Assembly (NCBI GenBank): GCA_031459625.1
Contig: JAVKIH010000012.1
Span: 66,838-83,649 of the forward strand
Source: Candidatus Geohabitans tengchongensis
GTDB taxonomy: Bacteria > Sysuimicrobiota > Sysuimicrobiia > Sysuimicrobiales > Humicultoraceae
DNA length: 16,812 bases
Direction: 5' to 3'
Positions 9,218-16,812 of this stretch are shown piece after piece. A program made the translations under genes and the position numbers. The notes under the pieces were generated by a model. It was not told where the DNA came from. It made no database searches and saw only the letters and a program-made list of their open reading frames with translations. Each line of letters opens with the position of its first letter. Position 1 is the stretch's first letter.

Positions 9218-9988
9218 ATGGGGCACAAGGCGATAGCAACGCTGGGACTGCTTGTCATCGCAGGCCTAGTGATTGCGCCTTCATCGGCGCAGGTGTCGCC
9301 CGCACAGTGGATTGAGCACCTGGCTTTCAACGTCGAGGTCTCGCCCCTAAACAACACCACGCTCCGCCAGGCGATGGCCTCGGCTGTGGATCGGCAGGCC
9401 GTCTTCGATGCGGTCAGAACTACGCTGCCCTCCGGGTGGTCCTCCCCCGGGCCGGCGGGCTCATGGTTTCCGCCTATCCTGCCCCAGCACACACCTGACC
9501 TCCGGATTCATCCGTACGATCCGCCAAAGGCCAGAGAACTCCTTGCCACGGCAGGATTCCCAGATGGAAGCGGCCTCCCGGAGTTCGAAATTCTCTATCG
9601 GGGGGACCTCAGGTTTCGCCGGGTTGAGGCCGAGATGCTGACAATGCAACTGGCCGCGGTCGGAATCCGCGCCAGAGCTGTCGGTCTACCCACGGCCGAT
9701 GCCTTCTTCCGACGGGTTGGCCGTGGCCCGAGCGGCAGCCCTGGAGCCTTTCAGATGGCGGTGCTGGCGTGGGTTGCGGGTCCCACCGGCGACTTCCTCA
9801 GGGAAATGTTCCTCCCGGGTGGCCCGCAGAATATCTACGGTTATCGCAACCCCGACGTCGGGCTCCTCATCGCCGATCTTCAGAGGGAACCCGACCAAAG
9901 CCGACGTCTGGAGCTGCTCCGCCAGGCTGAACGACTGATTCTGACAGACGCACCGGTCGTGCCCCTCGTGTATTACCGCGTACCGTAG
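9218..9988 (+). CDS. Half-length ABC transporter substrate-binding protein, family 5 (DppA/OppA-like C-terminal half) with signal peptide
   Basis: GGGGAG RBS. Signal peptide MGHKAIATLGLLVIAGLVIAPSSA|Q, then LAFN..SPLNNTTLRQAMASAVDR, YDPPKARELLATAGF, NIYGYRNPDV, RLELLRQAERLILTDAPVVPL. Confidence 0.8.
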   Translation: MGHKAIATLGLLVIAGLVIAPSSAQVSPAQWIEHLAFNVEVSPLNNTTLRQAMASAVDRQAVFDAVRTTLPSGWSSPGPAGSWFPPILPQHTPDLRIHPYDPPKARELLATAGFPDGSGLPEFEILYRGDLRFRRVEAEMLTMQLAAVGIRARAVGLPTADAFFRRVGRGPSGSPGAFQMAVLAWVAGPTGDFLREMFLPGGPQNIYGYRNPDVGLLIADLQREPDQSRRLELLRQAERLILTDAPVVPLVYYRVP

Positions 9989-10045
9989 CTTCACGGGAGT
10001 CTTCAACTCGGAGGCGCTGGAGACCCGGTCCGGAGGGATCTTTCG

Positions 10046-10783
10046 TCATGAGACCAATGGCCTGGACCCAGTTGTGGTCTCCCTGCGCAGGCGAATCTCC
10101 ACCCGGCCCATCTTCACGCCAACCACCACCCACAACGTGTAGAGGAAGAGCGACATCCCGGCCAGCTCCATCGGCTCCTCGACCAGAACGGCCACCCGGA
10201 AGGGCAGGCTCATGCCGCCGTAGAGGCGGTGGGCCACGCCTTCGTACCACTCGACCCCCAGGGCGCCGCCCACGAAGAAGGCCGCCGCGAGCGCCAGCAG
10301 CACCCAAACCCGCGCCGGCAGCACCACCAGCAGCCTGAGGATCCAGAACCCGGCGATGACAGCAGCAACAACCGCGGCGATCCACACCCCCGTCTGCCCC
10401 GCCAGCGCCTGCACCCCCCCGTGGAACCGGTCGGTCACCGGCTCGTGGAGCGCCAGCATCTCGTCCACGGAGAGGAGGAGCACGCCGGCGGTGAGAACCA
10501 GCCACCCCGGGAAGCTCTGCCGCTCGTGCCGCCACGCCCAGGTGGCGATGAAGAGGAGCAGCCCCGCGGCGGCGGCCATGAGCACGGAGGTGTACCAGGC
10601 GGGGATGGACCGCTCGCGCCCCAGGTCGAAGAGCAGAACGAACTGTGTCGTGAACGGAGTATGGTACCGCGCGTGGATGAGATGGGCCAGTTCGTTCAGC
10701 CCCATGAGAAGGAGCTGCATGGCGGCGAGCCCAAGGCCGACCGTGCGTGATGGCAGCTGGAGCACGACGGGCCGGTTGCTCAC
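10046..10783 (-). CDS. Hypothetical multi-pass membrane protein
   Basis: AAGGAGG RBS (10790-10796) 6 nt before GTG at 10783. About 6 TM segments, with polar motifs FDLGRERSIPAWYTS, LSVDEMLALHE, GGALGVE, EEPMELAG. Confidence 0.78.
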   Translation of the reverse strand: MSNRPVVLQLPSRTVGLGLAAMQLLLMGLNELAHLIHARYHTPFTTQFVLLFDLGRERSIPAWYTSVLMAAAAGLLLFIATWAWRHERQSFPGWLVLTAGVLLLSVDEMLALHEPVTDRFHGGVQALAGQTGVWIAAVVAAVIAGFWILRLLVVLPARVWVLLALAAAFFVGGALGVEWYEGVAHRLYGGMSLPFRVAVLVEEPMELAGMSLFLYTLWVVVGVKMGRVEIRLRRETTTGSRPLVS

Positions 10784-11060
10784 CACCCGCCTCCTTCGAG
10801 GCCGACCCGCAACACCTGGACGACGGCGGGGACGTGACGTGAACGGTGGGTGACAACGGCGGAAGCCATCGATCACTCATGCTAGCACGCGTGGCGATGG
10901 GTGAGCCATGCGGCGTGGACCGGGCGACGCCCGGCGCCTGGGGCGACTTGCCCTGAGAGGCCATCCCGGGGCGGCTATCATCGCCAGTTGGCCCGGGGGC
11001 CCAGAGGTGGGAGGGCGCCTTGGACCCGTCAGGTTCGGGCAGGGAATCGGTAGAGCAGCG

Positions 11061-11975
11061 ATGACCGAGCCGATCCTACCATTCCCCGTAGCGATGCGCC
11101 TCCTCATCGCCCTCCTGCCGGCCGCCCTGCCTCTGCTCGTGATGTATCACCTTCACTCCGTCGCGCTGGGGCTGCTGGCCATCCCGGCAGTCATCGTGAC
11201 CGTGCTGGTGGCGGCGATCCTGGGAGTGCGGGCGCGGGGCATACGGGGCGCGGCGGCGGCTCCCCGCGAGTCCTGGGCCTTCTCGCTCCTGGTCTTGATG
11301 CTGGCAGCTGCGGTCACCGGTTACTACTGGCTCCGGGTCTGGGCGTATGAGGACTGGGAGATGCTCGGGATCACGGTCCTCCTGGCGCAGATCCTCGGCT
11401 TCTGGTGGCCTGGCGTATTGTACGCCATGGTCGTCCTGATGCTGGAGCAACGGCGGGTCGCCCGCGCGGGTTCGAGGCAGTACTGGCACAGGCTGGCTGC
11501 GGGGATGCTGGGTGGAGTGATCGGTCTCGTCGCCTACCCGCAGGTGGCGCCCGTCTACTTTCGGTACGTCGACCGGCAACCGGTGCAATACGCCATCCAG
11601 AGCCTTCAGTCCGCGACCCCCCACGCGCTGCACCTGATCCCCACGTCACCGATCCCCCCTCCCCCCGCCCCTCCCGGTGCCCGCATGGTCAGCGCCCCCG
11701 TGCCGGTCAGCCTGCAGGAGTTCCGTGTCGAGCGGGCGCGCCTGCGGTGGCACAAACGCGGCCGGCACCTCTTTCTGGAAGCGGACCTCGGCGACTGGAA
11801 GCGGGTGACCGCACAACAGAGCCTGCGCACGGAGGTCTTCTCGCGTGAGGTGCCCCACTTCGTCGCTCGTGCAGAGGAGCTCCTTCAGCGCAAGGACGTC
11901 CGGGCGATCACCGTCACACTCTACGTTGGTAACGGCGAAGCCCTCCGGTTCTACCGCACCGAGGAGACGAGGTGA
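11061..11975 (+). CDS. Hypothetical membrane protein (about 5 N-terminal TM helices, Pro-rich linker, soluble C-terminal domain)
   Basis: Hydrophobic segments from ATG 11061 (start uncertain); PIPPPPAPP linker; coding-like GC3 bias. Confidence 0.65.
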   Translation: MTEPILPFPVAMRLLIALLPAALPLLVMYHLHSVALGLLAIPAVIVTVLVAAILGVRARGIRGAAAAPRESWAFSLLVLMLAAAVTGYYWLRVWAYEDWEMLGITVLLAQILGFWWPGVLYAMVVLMLEQRRVARAGSRQYWHRLAAGMLGGVIGLVAYPQVAPVYFRYVDRQPVQYAIQSLQSATPHALHLIPTSPIPPPPAPPGARMVSAPVPVSLQEFRVERARLRWHKRGRHLFLEADLGDWKRVTAQQSLRTEVFSREVPHFVARAEELLQRKDVRAITVTLYVGNGEALRFYRTEETR

Positions 11976-12022
11976 TCACTCCCCCCCAGGTGCGGGCTCG
12001 CCGCCCGCGTGCCCTCCGGCCC

Positions 12023-12052
12023 TTGAACTTCGCGCCACTCGTGGACCATGCT
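12023..12052 (+). promoter_or_regulatory. Possible sigma70-type promoter for the radical SAM-nrdJ operon
   Basis: TTGAAC-N18-CATGCT; RBS GAGGTGA at 12064-12070. Confidence 0.35.
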
Positions 12053-12077
12053 GGAGGTGGGCTGAGGTGATCCCAGG

Positions 12078-14438
12078 ATGCCGGCCATTCCCGAGGCCTT
12101 CTTCCTGCCGTCCACCCGCTTCACCCCGGCCTACCTGCAGCTGGGGCTGACGGACCTCCGCCGGCGGGCGGAGGAGGCCCTGGACCTGCTGCGCTCCTGC
12201 GTCGTCTGCCCGCGCGACTGCCGCGTCGACCGCCTGGCCGACAAGTGGGCCCTCTGCAAGACCGGGCGCTACGCCATCGTCGGCTCCTTCTTCGCCCACT
12301 TCGGCGAAGAGGACTGCCTGCGGGGGTGGAACGGCAGCGGGACGATCTTCTTCAGCATGTGCAACCTGCGGTGCGTCTTCTGCTTCCGGCCTGGGGCGCG
12401 GGTCCTGACGGACCTCGGGATGCAGCGGATCGAGGAGATCTTCGAGGCGGCCGGAGACGAAGTCGTCGTCCCCGGGGGCCGGGTCCGGTTCCCTCGGGGC
12501 GTGCGTGTCGTCACGGCCACGGGGCGCCTGGCCACCGTCACCAAAGCCTTCCAGCACCCCTACGAGGGGACGCTGGTCGTCATCAAGCCGGTGGGGCTCC
12601 CCGCCATCGCGTGCACCCCCAACCACGAGCTCTTTGCCCGTCTCGACGGTCAACCGACCATGAACAGGGTTCGGGCCGACGAGCTCACTCCACGCCACCG
12701 ACTGCTGGTCCCGCTGCCTGCGCTGGATCCTCCACCGGCCATTGACGCGCAGGCGGTGCTCCAGCCGTTCGTCGGGACGTACCGCAGGCCGGCCAGGCGC
12801 CGCGCACCGCTCCTCGTGCTGCAAGCGGAGGCAGCGCTGGCATCGGCAGGTCTGGCCTCATCGCGAGAGGTCGCCGACCGGCTGGGTTACCATCCGACCT
12901 ATGCTCGAGCACTGCTGGCTCGGGTCCGTAGGGGACTGCGGCCCCAGGAGGGATCACATCGCAACGAGTTGGTCCGTGAGGGTGACCGCATCCGATTCAC
13001 GACCGAGAGAGGCGCCGGCGTCCCATCCACCCTCCCGGTCACTCCGGAACTGGCCCGGTTGCTGGGCTATTACTGTGCCGAAGGCCACGTGGCCCGCGTG
13101 GCCGGCCGACCCAACTCCTACCGCCTGGTGCTCTCCTTTGGCCGACACGAGACCTCGCTGGTCGAAGAAGTCCGGGGACCGTTCCGAGCCGTCTTCGGGG
13201 TGGAGGCCAGAGTCTATCCGCGTCAGACAACTGTGACCGTCGAAGTAGGTAGTGCGTCCCTCGCCCTGCTGATGGTCGGTCTCTGCGGGAAGGGCTCTCA
13301 CGGCAAGCATGTTCCCGCAGTACTCTTCCGCAGCCCGGAGCACATCGTCCGGGCCTTCCTGGAAGCCTACTGGGCTGGCGACGGGACCCGGCAGGGCGCG
13401 TACATCACGGCGACCACGGTCTCCGAAGAGCTGGCCTACGGGCTCGCCGGACTCCTGCTGCGGATCGGCATCCACCCATACTTCTACGCGACACCGCGAC
13501 CCCCGTGGCAGGTCATCGGCCAGCGTGTGGTCCGTCAGTCCACAACGCTCTTCTTGGTGAAGTGCCGGAGGGATGTTTGGGAGGGACACGGGCCGAGCGC
13601 AGGGCGGCGGCCAGCACCGGCATGCGTCCCGATTCGCAGCATCACGCGGGTGCCCTACACCGGCCCGGTGTACAACCTGGAGGTCGCCGACGAGAGCCAC
13701 TCCTACCTCGTCAACGGCGTCGCGGTCGCCAACTGTCAGAACTACGACATCAGCCAGCTGGGCGAGGGGCGGGTGGTCACGCCGCGGCAGCTCGCCGCCA
13801 TGATGCTCCACCTGCAGGACCAGGGGTGCCACAACCTCAACTTCGTCACCCCCGAGCACGTCGTACCGCAGATCCTGGAGGCCCTGCCCCTGGCGGTGGA
13901 GCACGGCCTGCGCCTGCCCATCGTCTACAACACTTCGTCGTACGACTCCATGCACTCGCTGCGGCTGCTGGACGGCATCGTGGACATCTACATGCCCGAC
14001 TTCAAGTACTGGACCCCCGAGCGGGCCCGCCACTACCTGAAGGCGCCCGACTACCCCGAGGTGGCGCGGCGGGTCATCACGGAGATGCACCGGCAGGTCG
14101 GGCCGCTGCGCCTGGACGAGCATGGCCTGGCCAAGCGCGGGCTGATCGTCCGCCACCTGGTCATGCCCGGGGCGCTCGACGACACGCGGGCCATCCTGCG
14201 CTGGATCGCCACGACCCTGGGTCCGGAGACCTACGTGAACGTCATGGACCAGTACTACCCCGCCGGGCAGGTCGGCAAGAACCCCAAGTACGAGGACATC
14301 AACCGGCGCCTCTTCCCCGCCGAGTTCGCCGAGGCGCTACGGGCCGCGCGGGAGGCCGGACTGGTCCGGCTGGACGTGCGCATCCCCCGCCGGCCCTGGG
14401 TGCGCTGGGAGCCCGTGCCGGCAGCCGCGGCCGTGTGA
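12078..14438 (+). CDS. PflX-like (COG1313-type) radical SAM protein, intein-containing; 335 aa after splicing
   Basis: N-terminal CVVCPRDCRVDR..C, HFGEE..L.G..GSGTIFFS.CNLRCVF|CQNYDISQ, GCHNLNFVTPEHVVP, PIVYNTSSY, DIYMPDFKY, GLIVRHLVMPG, VNVMDQYYP. Confidence 0.9.
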   Translation: MPAIPEAFFLPSTRFTPAYLQLGLTDLRRRAEEALDLLRSCVVCPRDCRVDRLADKWALCKTGRYAIVGSFFAHFGEEDCLRGWNGSGTIFFSMCNLRCVFCFRPGARVLTDLGMQRIEEIFEAAGDEVVVPGGRVRFPRGVRVVTATGRLATVTKAFQHPYEGTLVVIKPVGLPAIACTPNHELFARLDGQPTMNRVRADELTPRHRLLVPLPALDPPPAIDAQAVLQPFVGTYRRPARRRAPLLVLQAEAALASAGLASSREVADRLGYHPTYARALLARVRRGLRPQEGSHRNELVREGDRIRFTTERGAGVPSTLPVTPELARLLGYYCAEGHVARVAGRPNSYRLVLSFGRHETSLVEEVRGPFRAVFGVEARVYPRQTTVTVEVGSASLALLMVGLCGKGSHGKHVPAVLFRSPEHIVRAFLEAYWAGDGTRQGAYITATTVSEELAYGLAGLLLRIGIHPYFYATPRPPWQVIGQRVVRQSTTLFLVKCRRDVWEGHGPSAGRRPAPACVPIRSITRVPYTGPVYNLEVADESHSYLVNGVAVANCQNYDISQLGEGRVVTPRQLAAMMLHLQDQGCHNLNFVTPEHVVPQILEALPLAVEHGLRLPIVYNTSSYDSMHSLRLLDGIVDIYMPDFKYWTPERARHYLKAPDYPEVARRVITEMHRQVGPLRLDEHGLAKRGLIVRHLVMPGALDDTRAILRWIATTLGPETYVNVMDQYYPAGQVGKNPKYEDINRRLFPAEFAEALRAAREAGLVRLDVRIPRRPWVRWEPVPAAAAV
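12381..13733 (+). mobile_element. Intein (451 aa) with LAGLIDADG homing endonuclease
   Basis: Block A CFRPGARVLT; block B IACTPNHELF; endonuclease blocks LLGYYCAEG, AFLEAYWAGDG, TTVSEELAYGLAGLLLRIGI; blocks F/G YTGPVYNLEV..HSYLVNGVAVAN|C. Removing it restores CNLRCVFCQN. Confidence 0.95.
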
Positions 14439-16339
14439 TGGCCGTCCGCACGCCCGTCCCGCTGACCCCCAACGCCCGGCAGGTCCTGGAGCGCCGCTAC
14501 CTCAAGCGGGACGCGCAGGGCCGGCCGGCCGAATCTCCGGAGGAGCTCTTCTGGCGCGTCGCCCGCAACATCGCCGAGGCCGAGGCTGCCTGGGGCGGGG
14601 ACGTGGAGCGGTGGGCCGAGCGCTTCAACGCCCTCATGACCTCGCTGGACTTCCTGCCCAACTCCCCCACGCTGATGAACGCCGGGCGCGACCTGCAGCA
14701 GCTGGCGGCCTGCTTCGTCCTCCCCATCGAGGACTCGCTGGAGTCGATCTTCGAGACGCTGAAGCTCACCGCCAAGATCCACCAGTCGGGAGGCGGCACC
14801 GGCTTCTCCTTCTCCCGCCTGCGTCCCCGCGGCGACCTGGTCCGCACGACCATGGGCGTGGCCTCGGGGCCGGTCTCCTTCCTGGAGATCTACGACGCCG
14901 CCACCGAGCGCATCAAGCAGGGCTCGTTCCGGCGCGGCGCCAACATGGGCATCCTCGACGTGACGCACCCTGACATCCTGGAGTTCATCGACTGCAAGCG
15001 CACCGGCGGCGTGACCAACTTCAACATCAGCGTTGGGGTGACCGAGGCGTGGATGCGCCTGGCGGTGGCTGGTGAGGCCTACGACCTGGTGAACCCGCGC
15101 ACGGGCCGCGCCGTGGCCCGCCGCTCGGCCGGCGAGGTCCTCGACCGCATCGTGCAGGCCGCCTGGGAGACCGGCGACCCGGGCCTGGTCTTCCTCGACC
15201 GGATCAACGCGCCGCGCACCAACCCCACGCCCTTCCTGGGCCGCATCGAGGCCACCAACCCGTGCGGGGAGCAGCCGCTGCTGCCCTTCGAGGCCTGCGT
15301 CCTGGGCTCGGTGAACCTGGCGCACTTCGTGCGCAACGGCGAGGTCGAGTGGGCGCGCCTGGGGGACGTGGTGCGCCTGGCGGTGCGCTTCCTGGACAAC
15401 GCCGTCGAGCAGTCGCGCTATCCCGTCCCGCAGATCGAACGCATCCACAAACACGGCAACCGCAAGGTGGGGCTCGGGGTCATGGGCTGGGCCGACCTGC
15501 TGGTCCGGCTGGGCGTGCCCTACGACTCGGAGGAGGCGGTGGCCCTGGCCGGCCGCCTGATGGCCTTCATCCAGCAGGAGGCCGACGCGGCGTCGGAGGC
15601 GCTGGCGGCGGAGCGCGGCGTCTTCCCCAACTGGGCGCGCTCGCTCTACGGCCCGGAGGGGTGGAACCGCCCCATGCGCAACGCCACGCGCACGACCATC
15701 GCCCCCACGGGCACGATCTCCATCATCGCCGGGTGCTCGTCCGGCATCGAGCCGCTCTTCGCGCTGGCCTACTACCGCCGGGTGCTGGACGGGACCATCC
15801 TGCGCGAGGTGAACCCCGCCTTCGAGGAGCTGGCGCGGGCGCGGGGCCTCTGGTCGGACGCGCTGGCAGAAGCGCTGGTCGAGCGGGGCGGCTGCCGCGG
15901 CCTGCCCGACGTCCCCGAGGAGCTCCACCGCCTCTTCGGCACGGCGCACGAGATCGACCCCGTCTGGCACGTCCGGCACCAGGCGGCGTTTCAGGCGCAC
16001 GTCGACAACGCGGTGAGCAAGACCATCAACCTGCCCCACCGGGCCACCCCCGACGACGTACGCCGCATCTACCTGCTGGCGTGGGAGCTGGGCTGCAAGG
16101 GGATCACGGTCTACCGCGACCGGTCCAAGCGCTGGCAGGTCCTCAACCTGGGCCGCCCCGCCGGCACCGACATCGGCACCATCGAAGGTTCGGCTCCCGC
16201 CCCCGAGGAGGACAAGCCGACGCTCCCGCCCGAGCGCGGGGCCCGGGTGCTGGAGGTCTGCCCGGTCTGCGGCCAGGCCTCGTTCGAGTTCGCCGAGGCC
16301 TGCGGCAAGTGCCACTCTTGCGGCCACTCGACCTGCTAG
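14438..16339 (+). CDS. nrdJ: Adenosylcobalamin-dependent (class II) ribonucleotide reductase, 633 aa
   Basis: ATG overlaps the upstream TGA (TGATG). Motifs VLERRYL, FLPNSPTLMNAG, AACFV, GGGTGFSFS.LRP.G, RRGANMG, NFNISV, ATNPCGEQPL, ACVLGS, TIAPTGTIS, VSKTIN, KGITVYRD; C-terminal CPVC..CGKCHSCGHSTC. Confidence 0.93.
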   Translation: MAVRTPVPLTPNARQVLERRYLKRDAQGRPAESPEELFWRVARNIAEAEAAWGGDVERWAERFNALMTSLDFLPNSPTLMNAGRDLQQLAACFVLPIEDSLESIFETLKLTAKIHQSGGGTGFSFSRLRPRGDLVRTTMGVASGPVSFLEIYDAATERIKQGSFRRGANMGILDVTHPDILEFIDCKRTGGVTNFNISVGVTEAWMRLAVAGEAYDLVNPRTGRAVARRSAGEVLDRIVQAAWETGDPGLVFLDRINAPRTNPTPFLGRIEATNPCGEQPLLPFEACVLGSVNLAHFVRNGEVEWARLGDVVRLAVRFLDNAVEQSRYPVPQIERIHKHGNRKVGLGVMGWADLLVRLGVPYDSEEAVALAGRLMAFIQQEADAASEALAAERGVFPNWARSLYGPEGWNRPMRNATRTTIAPTGTISIIAGCSSGIEPLFALAYYRRVLDGTILREVNPAFEELARARGLWSDALAEALVERGGCRGLPDVPEELHRLFGTAHEIDPVWHVRHQAAFQAHVDNAVSKTINLPHRATPDDVRRIYLLAWELGCKGITVYRDRSKRWQVLNLGRPAGTDIGTIEGSAPAPEEDKPTLPPERGARVLEVCPVCGQASFEFAEACGKCHSCGHSTC

Positions 16340-16452
16340 GCCGTCTCACGGATTCCAGGCAATTCCCCGCGAGCTGACGGCGGCGAGCACCCCCCTTCCC
16401 GGGATCCCCCCTCCGCGTGGCTGGAACCGCTCATACGCGCATCCCGGCCCTC

Positions 16453-16509
16453 TTGACGGTCACGCGGGAACAGGGTGAATATCTAAAGGTGTAGATACAA
16501 AGAGGATAC
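16453..16509 (+). promoter_or_regulatory. mazEF promoter/operator: TTGACG -35 and TATCTA-N6-TAGATA palindrome
   Basis: TTGACG at 16453-16458; inverted repeat 16480-16485/16492-16497; extra half-site GGATAC at 16504-16509; AT-rich island upstream of the antitoxin. Confidence 0.65.
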
Positions 16510-16559
16510 TGAGCGTCGATCCGCAATTGTTCTTGTCGAGGACTGGAGGGGAGTGACGG

Positions 16560-16802
16560 GTGCGCACCCGGGTGCGAAAGTGGGGGAACAGCCTGGCAGT
16601 GAGAATCCCCAAACCTCTCGCCGCGGAGGCGGGGCTCGAGGAAGGCGCCGGAGTCGACATGCGCGCCGCGGACGGCCGCCTGGTGCTGACCCCGGTCAGA
16701 CCCGGGAGGTTTCACCTGAGGACCCTGCTGGCTCGGGTGACGAAGGCGAACCTGCACGGTGAAATCGAGACCGGAGGGCCCGTCGGACGCGAGGTGTGGT
16801 GA
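16560..16802 (+). CDS. mazE: AbrB/MazE-family antitoxin
   Basis: VRKWGNSLAVRIP, LVLTP, L..LLARVT..NLHGEIETGGPVGREVW; GGAGGGG RBS. Confidence 0.92.
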   Translation: MRTRVRKWGNSLAVRIPKPLAAEAGLEEGAGVDMRAADGRLVLTPVRPGRFHLRTLLARVTKANLHGEIETGGPVGREVW

Positions 16803-16812
16803 GTCCGCGGCG
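16799..16812 (+). CDS. Probable start of the cognate MazF/PemK toxin (truncated by window edge)
   Basis: GTG overlaps the mazE stop (GTGA), and an in-frame GTG lies at 16796. The call is from context only; just 4 codons are visible. Confidence 0.35.

Noticed and set aside
11976..12077. Cobalamin riboswitch or NrdR box upstream of the nrdJ operon
   Set aside because: The intergenic region is about 100 bp and I could not see a B12-box or NrdR-type palindrome.
13505..14437. N-terminal extension of the 944-aa ORF (apparent RNR fusion)
   Set aside because: Overlaps the radical SAM gene in another frame. RNR similarity begins at ATG 14438.
12078..14438. Calling the radical SAM protein NrdG or a true PFL activase
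   Set aside because: Motifs match the PflX-like family, the neighbouring RNR is class II, and no glycyl-radical enzyme is present in the window.

Overview
High-GC bacterial chromosomal window. Left to right: (1) a partial membrane protein gene on the minus strand, absent from the ORF track; (2) a YyaL/SSP411-type thioredoxin-domain protein; (3) an apparent DUF309 + PIMT-like methyltransferase fusion broken by a 1-bp frameshift in a C run; (4) tRNA-Ser(GCT) on the minus strand; (5) an acetyl-CoA-synthetase-like ligase; (6) a ~4.8 kb accessory patch with atypical codon usage in its first part, holding a VOC protein, three decayed gene fragments (IS91-like transposase C-terminus, RskA-like anti-sigma C-terminus, internally deleted LLM oxidoreductase), a half-length orphan family-5 solute-binding protein and two membrane proteins; (7) a PflX-like radical SAM gene with a 451-aa LAGLIDADG intein inside its CxxxCxxC motif, translationally coupled (TGATG) to a class II B12-dependent ribonucleotide reductase; (8) a mazE antitoxin with a palindromic operator, probably followed by mazF at the window edge. 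The most notable items are the intein-gated radical SAM/NrdJ pair and the DUF309-PIMT fusion. All family calls come from motif recognition by eye; no searches were run.
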